Part shown: positions 25,305 to 34,551 of the stretch, in pieces
How the letters are laid out: each line of letters begins with the position of its first letter
Numbering within the stretch: the first letter of the stretch is position 1
Origin: Gemmatimonadetes bacterium 13_1_20CM_4_69_16
Lineage (GTDB): Bacteria; Gemmatimonadota; Gemmatimonadetes; Gemmatimonadales; GWC2-71-9
Direction: 5' to 3'
Assembly (NCBI GenBank): GCA_001919865.1
Contig: MNIR01000083.1
Location: forward strand, 6,216-70,215
Length of the DNA stretch: 64,000 nt
The notes under the pieces: model-generated
The model's database searches: none
What the model was told of the DNA's origin: nothing
The model's input: only the letters and a program-made list of their open reading frames with translations
Made by a program: the position numbers and the translations under genes

Positions 25305-27145
25305 CCCGCCTCGATCAGTACCGCCGGGTCGGGAAGTTCGAGCTGCACGAGCTCATCGGCGAAGGCGCGATGGGCGCCGTGTGGAAGGCGTATGATTCCG
25401 TGATCCGCCGCTACGTCGCCCTCAAGATCATGAGCAGCGCGGTTGGTCGCACGCAGGACGCGCGCGCCCGCTTCCTGCGAGAGGCGCGCGCCGCCGGCGC
25501 CCTCCAGCACCCGAACATCGTCACCATCTACGACTTGGGGGAGGCCGACGGCCAGCTGTACATCGCGCTGGAGCTGGTGGACGGGCGCGACCTGAGCAGC
25601 CTGATCGCCCGACATGAGCCGCTGGCCCTCGAGCGCAAGCTCGACATCGCGATTGAAGTGCTCCAGGGCCTGTCCTACGCCCACGGCCGCGGCGTGATCC
25701 ACCGTGACATCAAGCCGTCCAACGTCCGCATCGCGTCCGACGGGTCGGTGAAGATCATGGACTTCGGCATCGCGCGGCTGCAGTCGTCAGACATCACGGG
25801 GTCGGGCGCGATCGTCGGAACGCCCACCTACATGGCGCCGGAGCAGATCACCAACGGGCCGATCACGCAGACGACGGATCTGTTCGCGGTGGGCTGCTTG
25901 TTGTACGAGCTGCTCTCGTATCGCAAACCGTTCGACGGCGAAACCGTGCACGGCGTGCTGTACCAGGTGCTCACCACCGATCCCAAGCCGCTGCGGACGA
26001 TGGCGCCCTCGATCCCCGCCGCGCTCGAGCGCGTGGTGGCGAAGGCGATGAACAAAGTACCCGAGGACCGCTACGAGACCGCGCGTCAATTGCAGGCGGC
26101 CCTGACCAGCATCCGTGCCGCGTTGTCGGGGGCGTCCGAGCCCACGACGCGCATGGCCCTGCATTGGACGCCGATCCCCGCCGCCGCGCTGCGGCTCGTC
26201 ACCCACGCGCCGCTCAAGTGGCGGGCCCTGGTGCTGTCGGCTCTTGCGCTCGTGGCCGCCGTGCTGTTCTGGACGTCCCCCCCGTCCTCGCCGGGTACCG
26301 CGCCGGCTCCCCCGGACGGGGGGCTCACGAGCGCGACCGTGGACCAGCTCATCGCCTATCCCCTGCCTGCCGGGCTCAACTCGGCCCTCACCGCGCAACG
26401 TGACTCGGCACTGGCCGCGCGCGAGCGGGCGCATCGCGCCGGGGCGATGAAGAACAACGTGCCGTCCCTGCTGCTCGCGGAGACCGTGCTCCAGAACGCC
26501 GAGCGCGCGTTGCGGGCGGGCGACCAGCCCCACGCGGCGACCGGCTACTTGAGTGCGGTCGAGCAGTACCCGAAGGCCCAGCGCGAAGCCGATGCGCTGC
26601 GGCGGGAAGCGCAACAGGCCGTCGCCCGGGCGACGCCGGTGGTACACGCGCTCGCGACGCGCCCCGAGGCGGGGCGCGCGGCCACGTCGCTGGCGCGCGC
26701 TGAATCGCTGTTTAGCGCCATGGATTACACCCTGGCGAAGTTGGCCGCACTCGACGCCGAGCAAGTCGGCGTCGCGGCGGGCGTGGCGCCGCCGAGCCCG
26801 CAGCCCCCCGACCCCCGCGCGGCGATCGCAGTGCTGCTGCAGGACCTCGAGCGCGCGGTGTCGAGCGAGCGCGTGGGCAACCTGCGCGTGCTGATGCCGG
26901 GGATGGCGGAGCGGGACGTCGCGGGGTGGGAGCAGTTCTTCCAGCGGTACACCCGTCTCACGGCGCGCTACGCGGTCGAGGAGGTTAGCGTGGCGGGGAC
27001 CGAGGCGCACGCCACCGTGCGTACCCTGTACACGTATGTCCCGGCGGGCGGAGGCGCCCAGCGCGAGAGCCGACTCCGCCAAGCCATCCGCGTCACCAAG
27101 ACACCGGAAGGCTGGCGCGTCGCCGACATCCGCGACCTGCGCTAG
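25301..27145 (+). CDS. Ser/Thr protein kinase with TM segment and extracytoplasmic C-terminal region
   Basis: 3' part of track ORF 24623..27145. ATGA overlap. GEGAMGAVWKA, VALK, HRDIKPSN, DFGIA, GTPTYMAPE. TM segment LVLSALALVAAVLFW. The tail is NTF2-like. Confidence 0.85.
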   Translation: MTRLDQYRRVGKFELHELIGEGAMGAVWKAYDSVIRRYVALKIMSSAVGRTQDARARFLREARAAGALQHPNIVTIYDLGEADGQLYIALELVDGRDLSSLIARHEPLALERKLDIAIEVLQGLSYAHGRGVIHRDIKPSNVRIASDGSVKIMDFGIARLQSSDITGSGAIVGTPTYMAPEQITNGPITQTTDLFAVGCLLYELLSYRKPFDGETVHGVLYQVLTTDPKPLRTMAPSIPAALERVVAKAMNKVPEDRYETARQLQAALTSIRAALSGASEPTTRMALHWTPIPAAALRLVTHAPLKWRALVLSALALVAAVLFWTSPPSSPGTAPAPPDGGLTSATVDQLIAYPLPAGLNSALTAQRDSALAARERAHRAGAMKNNVPSLLLAETVLQNAERALRAGDQPHAATGYLSAVEQYPKAQREADALRREAQQAVARATPVVHALATRPEAGRAATSLARAESLFSAMDYTLAKLAALDAEQVGVAAGVAPPSPQPPDPRAAIAVLLQDLERAVSSERVGNLRVLMPGMAERDVAGWEQFFQRYTRLTARYAVEEVSVAGTEAHATVRTLYTYVPAGGGAQRESRLRQAIRVTKTPEGWRVADIRDLR

Positions 27146-27149
27146 CCGA

Positions 27150-27581
27150 TCAGTCCCAGGCCCGCTCGGTCGCGGCCGGCGCGGCGGGGATGGCCACCGA
27201 GTCGGCCCGCGCGGTGGGCGGCCCGACGCGCCGCAGCGTCACCGGCTTCTCCAGGTCCCCCCCCGAAAGCGTCAGTCTGTCGCCCTCGAGCTTCATGCCG
27301 TAGACCTGCCAGACGCCGTCGCCCAGCGCGATCCACAGACTGTCGCCGACGACGCGCCAGCGCGCCACCTGCTCGCCGAACTGCGCGGAGCTGTCGCGCC
27401 GTACGATGATGTTGCGGATCTCGTCCTCGGTCTTCGCCTGCCACTTGCCCTCGACACGAAGGGCGGGGCGACTCTGGCCGTTGAGCCCGACGGGCAGCGC
27501 CACCAAGCATGCGATCAACCAGGGGGAAGTCGTCACGAGCAGGCGTCCAAAGGAAAGGTGTCCGAAGCGGCGGCGTCTCAA
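27150..27581 (-). CDS. small secreted protein, unknown function
   Basis: 143-aa track ORF with a TTG start and an N-terminal signal-like segment WLIACLVALPVGLNG. No recognisable family. Confidence 0.4.
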   Translation of the reverse strand: MRRRRFGHLSFGRLLVTTSPWLIACLVALPVGLNGQSRPALRVEGKWQAKTEDEIRNIIVRRDSSAQFGEQVARWRVVGDSLWIALGDGVWQVYGMKLEGDRLTLSGGDLEKPVTLRRVGPPTARADSVAIPAAPAATERAWD

Positions 27582-27609
27582 GATATCTACCCCGGACAGG
27601 GGCGACAGG

Positions 27610-28794
27610 TCACGTCACATCGAGCTGCCCCGATCCGAGGGGCGTGCGCTCGTCGTGCAGCACGGCGATTTGCGGCTCCCACTGCCGCATCATTCGCACG
27701 AAGCCCCCGGCCAGCTCGGGGTCGAATTCCGTTCCGGCCCGACCCTGCAGGTAAACGAGGGCCCGCTCCTGCGGCCACGCATCCCGGTACGGCCGGTTCG
27801 TGCGGAGCGCGTCGTACACGTCGCACACGTGCACCAGCTTGCTGGCGTGGTGGCAGTCGCGCCGGAAGGTGAAGGTCGGATAACCGTCCCCGTTCAGCAT
27901 GATATGATGCTCGTACGCCACCACGGCCGCGAGGTCCAGCGACTCCTCGGACTGGAGAATGATCCGCGCGCCATCGGCCGGATGGCGGTTCATGAGCGCG
28001 CGCTCCTCCTCGGTGAATCGGCCGGGCTTCGTGAGAATCTCGAGGGGAATGCGCACCTTTCCGATGTCGTGCAGCAAGCCGGCGATCCCGAAGTTCCGGA
28101 CGTCGCGCGGGCCCAGGCCGAGAAACTCGGCCAGCGCCATGGCGAGCACCGCGACGTTCATGGAATGCGTGGTCGTATATTGATCGAACTCCTTCAGCTG
28201 CAGCAGCGGGATGAGGATGTGGCGGCTGCCGTGCATGGCGAGTGAGAGCGAGCTCACCACGGCCTCGGCCTCGGTGAGCGGCAGGACACCGCGGGTCTTC
28301 ACCTCGTCCTGAAACCACCGGACCGTGTCGGCCTCCTCGCCCAAGGAGTACCGGATGGTCGCGGTGGGAACCTCCGCGCCCTGCTCCGTCTCGCCGCGCA
28401 CGCCCACCGTGCCGTAGCGGATACTCGAGCGGCGCAGCTGTCGCGCCTCCGAGGTGTCGATGGCGGAGAGCGTGAGGCGTGCCAGCACCTCGGCGAGGAA
28501 CGCCTCGAAGTCTTCCCGCCCCACGCGATCCTCGAACTCGAGACGCTGGATCCCTGCCTGCGCCAGGCGTCGGGCCCAGTCCCACGCCTTGAGCTCCCGC
28601 AGCGGCAGCCGGCCGAACACGGTCTCGTCGCCCAGGAAGGTGAACAGGGGGCGTGGGGTGTCCGCCTGCAAGTCTTGCAGCTCGCGGTACGCCGCGTCGA
28701 TGGCGCGCTCGCGCGCCGGATGTCCCGGGGCGTACAGCGTCATCGCGGCGATCGCGTGCGCGAACGCGTTGAGGAACGTGACGGGATCGCTCAC
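27610..28794 (-). CDS. HD-GYP domain phosphodiesterase with N-terminal LYPxxHP domain
   Basis: Track ORF 27610..28911 trimmed to the GTG at 28794 (GTGA overlap). HSMNVAVLAM, LLHDIGK, HHIMLNGDGYP. Confidence 0.85.
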   Translation of the reverse strand: MSDPVTFLNAFAHAIAAMTLYAPGHPARERAIDAAYRELQDLQADTPRPLFTFLGDETVFGRLPLRELKAWDWARRLAQAGIQRLEFEDRVGREDFEAFLAEVLARLTLSAIDTSEARQLRRSSIRYGTVGVRGETEQGAEVPTATIRYSLGEEADTVRWFQDEVKTRGVLPLTEAEAVVSSLSLAMHGSRHILIPLLQLKEFDQYTTTHSMNVAVLAMALAEFLGLGPRDVRNFGIAGLLHDIGKVRIPLEILTKPGRFTEEERALMNRHPADGARIILQSEESLDLAAVVAYEHHIMLNGDGYPTFTFRRDCHHASKLVHVCDVYDALRTNRPYRDAWPQERALVYLQGRAGTEFDPELAGGFVRMMRQWEPQIAVLHDERTPLGSGQLDVT

Positions 28795-30869
28795 CGACGG
28801 TCCGTCGGGGAGAGAGGGGGGACGGGGCGAGCCGCGGCCGCGCGGATCTCCCGGTCGGTCGACTGGGCGGCGCGCGCCAGCACCGCCCGGGTGCGTGGGT
28901 CGTGGGCCCAACCGGTCACGAGCGCGGCCAGCGCGACGAGCAGCTCGGGCGACTTGGGGGGGAGCCGCTCTTTGCCGAACAGCGTCCGACCGGCCGTCGT
29001 GAGACGCAGCAGCGCCTCGAGCGCGGCCGGGGCCGTCGTGGCGCCCAGTGCCCGGATCGCGAGCACACGCAAGTCGGCGGCGATCACGCGGTCGCTTGCG
29101 CGACTCACCAGGAGCGACACGGCCGCGGCGGGACAGGAGTGCAGCGCCACGATCAGTCCGAGTGCGAGGCGCACCGTGCGCGGATCCTGATCCTTGAGGG
29201 CGGTGACGAGCGCGACGTCACGCTCGTCGGGCAGCTTGAGCTGCAGCTTCACCGCTTGCCGCCGCACCCGCGCGTCCGCGTGGAGCGCGAAGCGCGCCGG
29301 CGAGAACCCTTCCGGGAGCACCGCGAGGTCCTCGAGCAGCGCGAGCAGATTGCGGATGACGTACCAGCGGTCGTCCTCGAGTCGCCGCACGACGAGGGGC
29401 CCGATCCCGGCCCCGAGGCGGACGAGTTGTGCCAGCAGGCCGCGGCGCGCGCCCCGCGACTGGGCCACGGCGAGCGCGTCGAGCAGGGGCTCGGCGGCCG
29501 CGTAACCCACGTGCGGGATCAGCCGGTCGAGGACGGTGAAGTCCGGCGGATCCGCCCTGACGAGGCGACGCACCACGTCGGAGGTGGCGACGCGCTCCCA
29601 CACGGCGCGAGCGGCACCGCGCTCGTCCGGCACCTGCTGCAATGCCTCCAGCAGAGCGCCCAGCCGGCCCGCCTCGACGATGTGCTCCACGGCCGCCACC
29701 GCGCGCGGCCCGACCGTCTCCACTTCGAGTGCCATCGCCACCACCCGCTCCGGCTCGGCCGGGCTCTCGCCCGGCGCCGCCGGCCCCGTTGGCGCAGCCC
29801 GCGCCATGCGCTGCAGCGCCGCGCCATAGACGCCGGGGTTCGGATCGGCGAGCGTCCAGCCCTGGAGCAGGCGCTGCACCTGCTCGCGCAGCGCGGCTTC
29901 CGCCTGCGGCCGGATCTCGTCCGACCCCGACTCCGCGTGCGCCGCGAGCTTGGACAACAGGCGGACCAGCGAGTGCGAGATCGCCTGCTGCGACGTCTCG
30001 GCCGCCGCCTTGAGGATTTCGAGCACGGCGTCCGCGGCCATGCCCGCGGCCGCGTCGGCCACGAACTGGCGGCGCTGGGCGAAGTCTCCGCCCATCTCGA
30101 CGAGTCGCCGCAACGTTTCCGGCCTGAGCGAGCGGATCAACCGGGAGATGCGCCGCCGCAGCGCCACCGCCTCGGCCCCGCCCGCCGACTTGAGCTCCTG
30201 GGCGATCTGCAGCAGATAGCCCACGATCACCTGGTCGTAGGCTTCGGCGCCGCCCCCCCCCCGGGGGCGGGCGTCGATCGCCTGCGCGATCACGGCCGGC
30301 TCGGTCGGCGGCGACCGCTCGTCGCTGGCTTCGGTCGCCAGCGCCGCCCGCGCCAGGCCGACCCAGAGCTGCGCCGCCCGCGCCCCTTCCGCCGGCGCGC
30401 CCTCGCCGACCAGCTCCAGCCGCTCATAGGTGAGGGGATGCAGCTGCACGTGCGACCACGCGCGCAGCTTATCACTGTCGCCGAGCCCCATCGGCTGTCC
30501 GGTGCGCTCCGCGTCGACCGCGACGGCCTTGAGCACGTCGGCCACTTCGCTTTCGGCCAGGCCACGCCGGAACGTGACCGCGCCGAGGTGGTGACGGTGC
30601 AGCCGGCTGGCGAGCTCGCGCAGCACCGGGTGCTTGGGGTCCGTCGCCACGCCTTCGATCACCAGTTGATGGCGCGCCACGCCGAGCGACACGCTCGATC
30701 GCTCCTCGAGCAACAGGCCCGCCCGGCGGGTCACGGCGGCGGCGGCGGGCGCGAGCGACGGGTGGCCCTCGGGGTACATGGCATGTTTGTGGAGGGCGAT
30801 GGACAGCTCGATCAGGAAGTCCGCCAGATCACGCGACAGGGTCGCGCGTTCACCGGAGGGCGCAGGCAT
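28791..30869 (-). CDS. HEAT-repeat protein with N-terminal LYPxxHP domain
   Basis: Track ORF 28791..30977 trimmed to the ATG at 30869 (MPAPSGERATL...). N-terminus ALHKHAMYPEGHPS. C-terminal HEAT-like repeats (DDRWYVIRNLLALLEDL, DARVRRQAV, DQDPRTVRLAL). Confidence 0.6.
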   Translation of the reverse strand: MPAPSGERATLSRDLADFLIELSIALHKHAMYPEGHPSLAPAAAAVTRRAGLLLEERSSVSLGVARHQLVIEGVATDPKHPVLRELASRLHRHHLGAVTFRRGLAESEVADVLKAVAVDAERTGQPMGLGDSDKLRAWSHVQLHPLTYERLELVGEGAPAEGARAAQLWVGLARAALATEASDERSPPTEPAVIAQAIDARPRGGGGAEAYDQVIVGYLLQIAQELKSAGGAEAVALRRRISRLIRSLRPETLRRLVEMGGDFAQRRQFVADAAAGMAADAVLEILKAAAETSQQAISHSLVRLLSKLAAHAESGSDEIRPQAEAALREQVQRLLQGWTLADPNPGVYGAALQRMARAAPTGPAAPGESPAEPERVVAMALEVETVGPRAVAAVEHIVEAGRLGALLEALQQVPDERGAARAVWERVATSDVVRRLVRADPPDFTVLDRLIPHVGYAAAEPLLDALAVAQSRGARRGLLAQLVRLGAGIGPLVVRRLEDDRWYVIRNLLALLEDLAVLPEGFSPARFALHADARVRRQAVKLQLKLPDERDVALVTALKDQDPRTVRLALGLIVALHSCPAAAVSLLVSRASDRVIAADLRVLAIRALGATTAPAALEALLRLTTAGRTLFGKERLPPKSPELLVALAALVTGWAHDPRTRAVLARAAQSTDREIRAAAARPVPPLSPTDRR

Positions 30870-30897
30870 GGGGCCAAAGATACTAGGACGGGCAGCG

Positions 30898-31004
30898 ACT
30901 AGACGCACAGACGCGCAGCGGTTAACAGCAAACAGGGGCCGGAAGAACGTCCCGACCCCTGATGCCTGCTGCACCACTGTGCGTCTGTGCGTCGACGCGT
31001 CTAG
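30898..31004. repeat. inverted arrays of tandem octamers bracketing the groEL terminator
   Basis: Left CTAGACGC ACAGACGC GCAG (30899-30918). Right CTGTGCGT CTGTGCGT CGACGCGT CTAG (30977-31004), which is the reverse complement with one extra unit. Confidence 0.6.
30924..30961 (-). terminator. intrinsic terminator downstream of groEL
   Basis: The minus strand reads CAGGGGUCGGGA-CGUUC-UUCCGGCCCCUG (12-bp stem including wobble pairs), followed by UUUGCUGUU. Confidence 0.6.
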
Positions 31005-31007
31005 CCG

Positions 31008-32648
31008 TTAGTACATCCCACCCATGCCACCGCCACCGCCCGGCATCGGCGGAGCCTTCTCCTTCTCCTTCTTCTCCACCACGACGCACTCCGTCGTGAG
31101 GAGCAGGCTGGCGATGGACGCGGCGTTCTGCAGCGCCGTGCGCGTGACCTTGGTCGGGTCGATGACGCCCGCCGCGACGAGATCCTCGAACGTATCGGTC
31201 TGGGCGTTGTAGCCGAAGTTCTTGTCCTTCGACTCCTTCACCTTCCCGACCACGATCGACGCCTCGGCGCCGGCGTTCTGCACGATCATCCGCATCGGCT
31301 CCTCGAGCGAGCGACGCACGATCTCGACGCCGATCTTCTCGTCGTCGTCGGCGACCTTCACCTTGTCCAGAGCCTTTTGGGCGAACAACAGCGCCACGCC
31401 GCCGCCCGGCACGATGCCCTCCTCGACCGCGGCGCGGGTGGCGTGCAACGCGTCCTCCACCCGGGCCTTCTTCTCCTTCATTTCGGTCTCGGTGGCCGCG
31501 CCCACGTTGATGACTGCGACGCCGCCCGCCAGCTTCGCGAGCCGCTCCTGCAGCTTCTCCTTGTCGTAGTCCGACGTGGACTTCTCGATCGCCGCCTTGA
31601 TCTCCTTGATGCGGCCCTGGATCGCGTCGCGCTTGCCCTTGCCGCCGACGATGGTCGTGTTGTCCTTATCGACCACGATCCGCTTCGCCTGGCCAAGGTC
31701 GTTGAGCACGGCGTTCTCGAGCTTCAGGCCCATCTCTTCCGAGATGACCTGGGGCGCGCCGGTCAGCACCGACACGTCGACCAACATCTCCTTGCGGCGG
31801 TCACCGAAGCCCGGCGCCTTGACGGCGCAGACCTTGAGCGTGCCGCGGAGCTTGTTGACCACCAGCGTCGCCAGCGCCTCGCCCTCGATGTCCTCGGCGA
31901 TGATGAGCAACGGCCTGCCGGCCTGCGCCACCTTCTCGAGGATCGGGAGCAAATCCTTCATGGTGGAGATCTTCTTGTCGTGGATCAGGATGTAAGCGTC
32001 CTCCAGCACCGCTTCCATCTTCTCCGGATCGGTGATGAAGTAGGGCGAGAGGTAGCCGCGATCGAACTGCATCCCGTCCACGGTCTCGAGGGTCGTCTCC
32101 AGGCCCTTCGCCTCCTCAACCGTGATGACGCCATCCTTGCCCACCTTCTCCATCGCCTCGGCGATCAGGTTACCGATCTCCTTGTCGTTGTTCGCCGAGA
32201 TGGCGCCGACCTGGGCGATCTCCTTCCGGCCCGCGGTGGGGACCGAGATCTTCTTCAGCTCTTCCACGACGATCTCCACCGCCCGCTCGATCCCGCGCTT
32301 GAGCGACATCGGGTTCGAGCCCGCGGTGACCGACTTCAGACCCTCGCGGAACACCGCTTGGGCGAGCACCGTCGCCGTCGTGGTGCCGTCGCCCGCCAGA
32401 TCCGACGTCTTGGTCGCCACTTCCTTCACCATCTGGGCGCCCATGTTCTCGATCGGGTCCTCGAGCTCAATCTCCTTCGCGACGGTAACGCCGTCCTTCG
32501 TGACGGTCGGATTACCGAACTTCTTGTCGATGACAACGTTCCGGCCCTTGGGACCGAGGGTGACCTTCACCGCCTCGGCCAGCTGGTCGACGCCCCGCTT
32601 GAGCCGGGCGCGGGCCTCGACATCGAACTCCAGTTGCTTCGCAGGCAT
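31008..32648 (-). CDS. groL: chaperonin GroEL
   Basis: 546-aa track [26 protein letters not shown], and the C-terminal GGGGMGGMY tail. Confidence 0.97.
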   Translation of the reverse strand: MPAKQLEFDVEARARLKRGVDQLAEAVKVTLGPKGRNVVIDKKFGNPTVTKDGVTVAKEIELEDPIENMGAQMVKEVATKTSDLAGDGTTTATVLAQAVFREGLKSVTAGSNPMSLKRGIERAVEIVVEELKKISVPTAGRKEIAQVGAISANNDKEIGNLIAEAMEKVGKDGVITVEEAKGLETTLETVDGMQFDRGYLSPYFITDPEKMEAVLEDAYILIHDKKISTMKDLLPILEKVAQAGRPLLIIAEDIEGEALATLVVNKLRGTLKVCAVKAPGFGDRRKEMLVDVSVLTGAPQVISEEMGLKLENAVLNDLGQAKRIVVDKDNTTIVGGKGKRDAIQGRIKEIKAAIEKSTSDYDKEKLQERLAKLAGGVAVINVGAATETEMKEKKARVEDALHATRAAVEEGIVPGGGVALLFAQKALDKVKVADDDEKIGVEIVRRSLEEPMRMIVQNAGAEASIVVGKVKESKDKNFGYNAQTDTFEDLVAAGVIDPTKVTRTALQNAASIASLLLTTECVVVEKKEKEKAPPMPGGGGGMGGMY

Positions 32649-32667
32649 TGCGTGTTCCTCCTAGAAC

Positions 32668-32991
32668 TCAGCCGAGCTTGGCAATGACGTCGGATTCCTT
32701 GATCAGGATGATCTCTTCACCCTCGAGCTCCACCTGGGTGCCGCTGTACTTCCCGTATACCACGCGGTCCCCCACCTTCACCTCGAGCGGGACCAACTCC
32801 CCCTTCTCTCGCCGGCCGGGACCGACCGCGATGATTTCGCCCTGAATCGGCTTCTCCTTGGCGGTGTCGGGGATGTACAGCCCGCCCTTCATCTGCTCCG
32901 TCTCCTCGATCGGCCGGATCGCCACCCGGTCCGCAAGCGGGAAGACCTTGAACTTCGTCTTGCTCTGGGTCGCAGTAGCCATGGTGCTCAA
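32668..32991 (-). CDS. groS: co-chaperonin GroES
   Basis: 107-aa track [13 protein letters not shown]...[23 protein letters not shown]. The start could be the internal ATG at 32982. Confidence 0.9.
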   Translation of the reverse strand: MSTMATATQSKTKFKVFPLADRVAIRPIEETEQMKGGLYIPDTAKEKPIQGEIIAVGPGRREKGELVPLEVKVGDRVVYGKYSGTQVELEGEEIILIKESDVIAKLG

Positions 32992-33031
32992 CCTCCGCCT
33001 GTGCTCTGTAAGTGCTTGTTCAATAGTGCAA

Positions 33032-33058
33032 TTAGCACTCTGGCGACATGAGTGCTAA
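33032..33058 (-). promoter_or_regulatory. CIRCE operator (HrcA binding site)
   Basis: Perfect TTAGCACTC-N9-GAGTGCTAA inverted repeat, 41 nt upstream of the groES start. Confidence 0.9.
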
Positions 33059-33071
33059 CAGAACCGCGAGG

Positions 33072-33100
33072 AATCTCTCCCGCGCGCCGCTGTCTGTCAA
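33072..33100 (-). promoter_or_regulatory. putative groESL promoter
   Basis: On the minus strand: TTGACA (33100-33095), 17-nt spacer, GAGATT (33077-33072), immediately upstream of CIRCE. Confidence 0.4.
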
Positions 33101-33109
33101 GTGGGCGTA

Positions 33110-33574
33110 CTATGGGGGAGTGAGGGGTGGTCGTTGCGTCAGGGAATCGACGATCGCCCGGGCCCGTGCCTCGACCGTGCCCCCCAAGGAGTCGAGCGGC
33201 GCCGACACCGCTGCCACAATGCTCCCGGTCCGGGTGTCGGCCAGGCGGACGTACAGCCAGATCGGGGCGCCGGGCTCGGGGTCACGCTGCGTGAACGACA
33301 GCACATACGCAGTGGCGGAACCGCCGCCTTGCACGGTAGTGCGGACCGTATACCCCCGCCGCCTGAGCCCGCGGCCGATCTCCCGGCTCAGCGAGTCGTC
33401 CCGGCTGACGAGGATGTCGTAGCTCGTGACCGACACGGGAGCGCGGTAGCCGGCAGCGGGGGCACACGAAACGAGAACTGCGAGACACGATGGCAAGACG
33501 GCACGTTGCCCGAATAGCGCGACGCCGAGCGCCACACTGGCAACGTGCCGTCCTGCCGTCGTGTAACGCTTCAC
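33110..33574 (-). CDS. lipoprotein, unknown function
   Basis: 154-aa track ORF with signal and lipobox ...LAVLVSCAP. ATGA-type overlap with the upstream NlpC/P60 gene. Confidence 0.45.
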   Translation of the reverse strand: MKRYTTAGRHVASVALGVALFGQRAVLPSCLAVLVSCAPAAGYRAPVSVTSYDILVSRDDSLSREIGRGLRRRGYTVRTTVQGGGSATAYVLSFTQRDPEPGAPIWLYVRLADTRTGSIVAAVSAPLDSLGGTVEARARAIVDSLTQRPPLTPP

Positions 33575-34551
33575 GGAATCACCCGCCTCACCCCCACCCA
33601 GCGATCGAGCCAGTACCCACCCTCCGGATCCTGGGGGTCGAGGCGGGACAGCTTCACTCCCCTCGTCGAGCTGTGGATGAATTTCAATTCGCCGACGTAC
33701 ATCCCCACATGCGTCACCCCGGAGCCCGGTCGAGCGGAGAAGAGTAGAATGTCGCCCGGGCGGAGCGCATCCACGACAGGCGCGACTTCCGCGCCGGTGT
33801 GGGCCTGATCGCGGCTCATGCGCGGCACACGGACCCCGTGCTGTCCGTACGCATACTGGACGAGCCCCGAACAGTCGAACCCGTTATCCGCGGTTCCGCC
33901 CCAGACGTACGGCGTGCCGAGCGATTCGAGGGCGGTTTGCACGACATCGGCGGCGTTCCCCGTGATGGTGGTGGGAGGAGCCGGGGGCGGCAGGTCGGGT
34001 GGGGCTCCAACCCCGCTCTGCCCTGTTCTCGCGCTCGCTCTCCCCGACGAGAGCGAGATGCCGATTGCGGCACTCACGCCCTTGCGCGCGTCATCCCCCG
34101 GGCGCCAGAAGCCGCGCGGTCCACGGTCCTCCAGCCGGTAGCGCAGCTCGCTCCCCGCAGCGAGCCACGCAAGTGGGCGCCACTCGACTCCTCCCCCGAT
34201 GCTCCATTGGACGGCGAGCTGCTGGTTCGTGATGTCGGTGGACAGGCCGAGGGCGAGGCCGGCGAGAGCGTAGGGTGCCAGGCCGGGGCGCCCGCGCCAC
34301 GCTTGAATCTCGTACCCCAGGCCATAGAAGGCCCGGTGGCGACCCAAAGTATCGTTCACCAGGACCGTGACGCCGAAGCCGTGCGTGAACGCCGCTCCGA
34401 GCGGAGCGCTCGTACGGAACTCGTAGGTCTCTGCGCGATTGCCGTTGTACCACCGGCCCAGGTGGAGTTCCCAGCCACGCCGCTGCGCGGTGAGCGCCCC
34501 GGGCGCGAGCGCGAGCAGCTGGATTACGAGGAGCTCAGTCCGCCGCGGCAA
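33571..34551 (-). CDS. NlpC/P60 peptidoglycan hydrolase with N-terminal beta-barrel-like domain
   Basis: Track ORF 33571..35061 trimmed to the in-frame TTG at 34551 (MPRRTELLVIQLLALAPGALTAQ signal). C-terminus GTPYVWGGTADNGFDCSGLV...GVTHVGMYVG is the NlpC/P60 Cys-His core. The start is uncertain. Confidence 0.65.
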   Translation of the reverse strand: MPRRTELLVIQLLALAPGALTAQRRGWELHLGRWYNGNRAETYEFRTSAPLGAAFTHGFGVTVLVNDTLGRHRAFYGLGYEIQAWRGRPGLAPYALAGLALGLSTDITNQQLAVQWSIGGGVEWRPLAWLAAGSELRYRLEDRGPRGFWRPGDDARKGVSAAIGISLSSGRASARTGQSGVGAPPDLPPPAPPTTITGNAADVVQTALESLGTPYVWGGTADNGFDCSGLVQYAYGQHGVRVPRMSRDQAHTGAEVAPVVDALRPGDILLFSARPGSGVTHVGMYVGELKFIHSSTRGVKLSRLDPQDPEGGYWLDRWVGVRRVIP

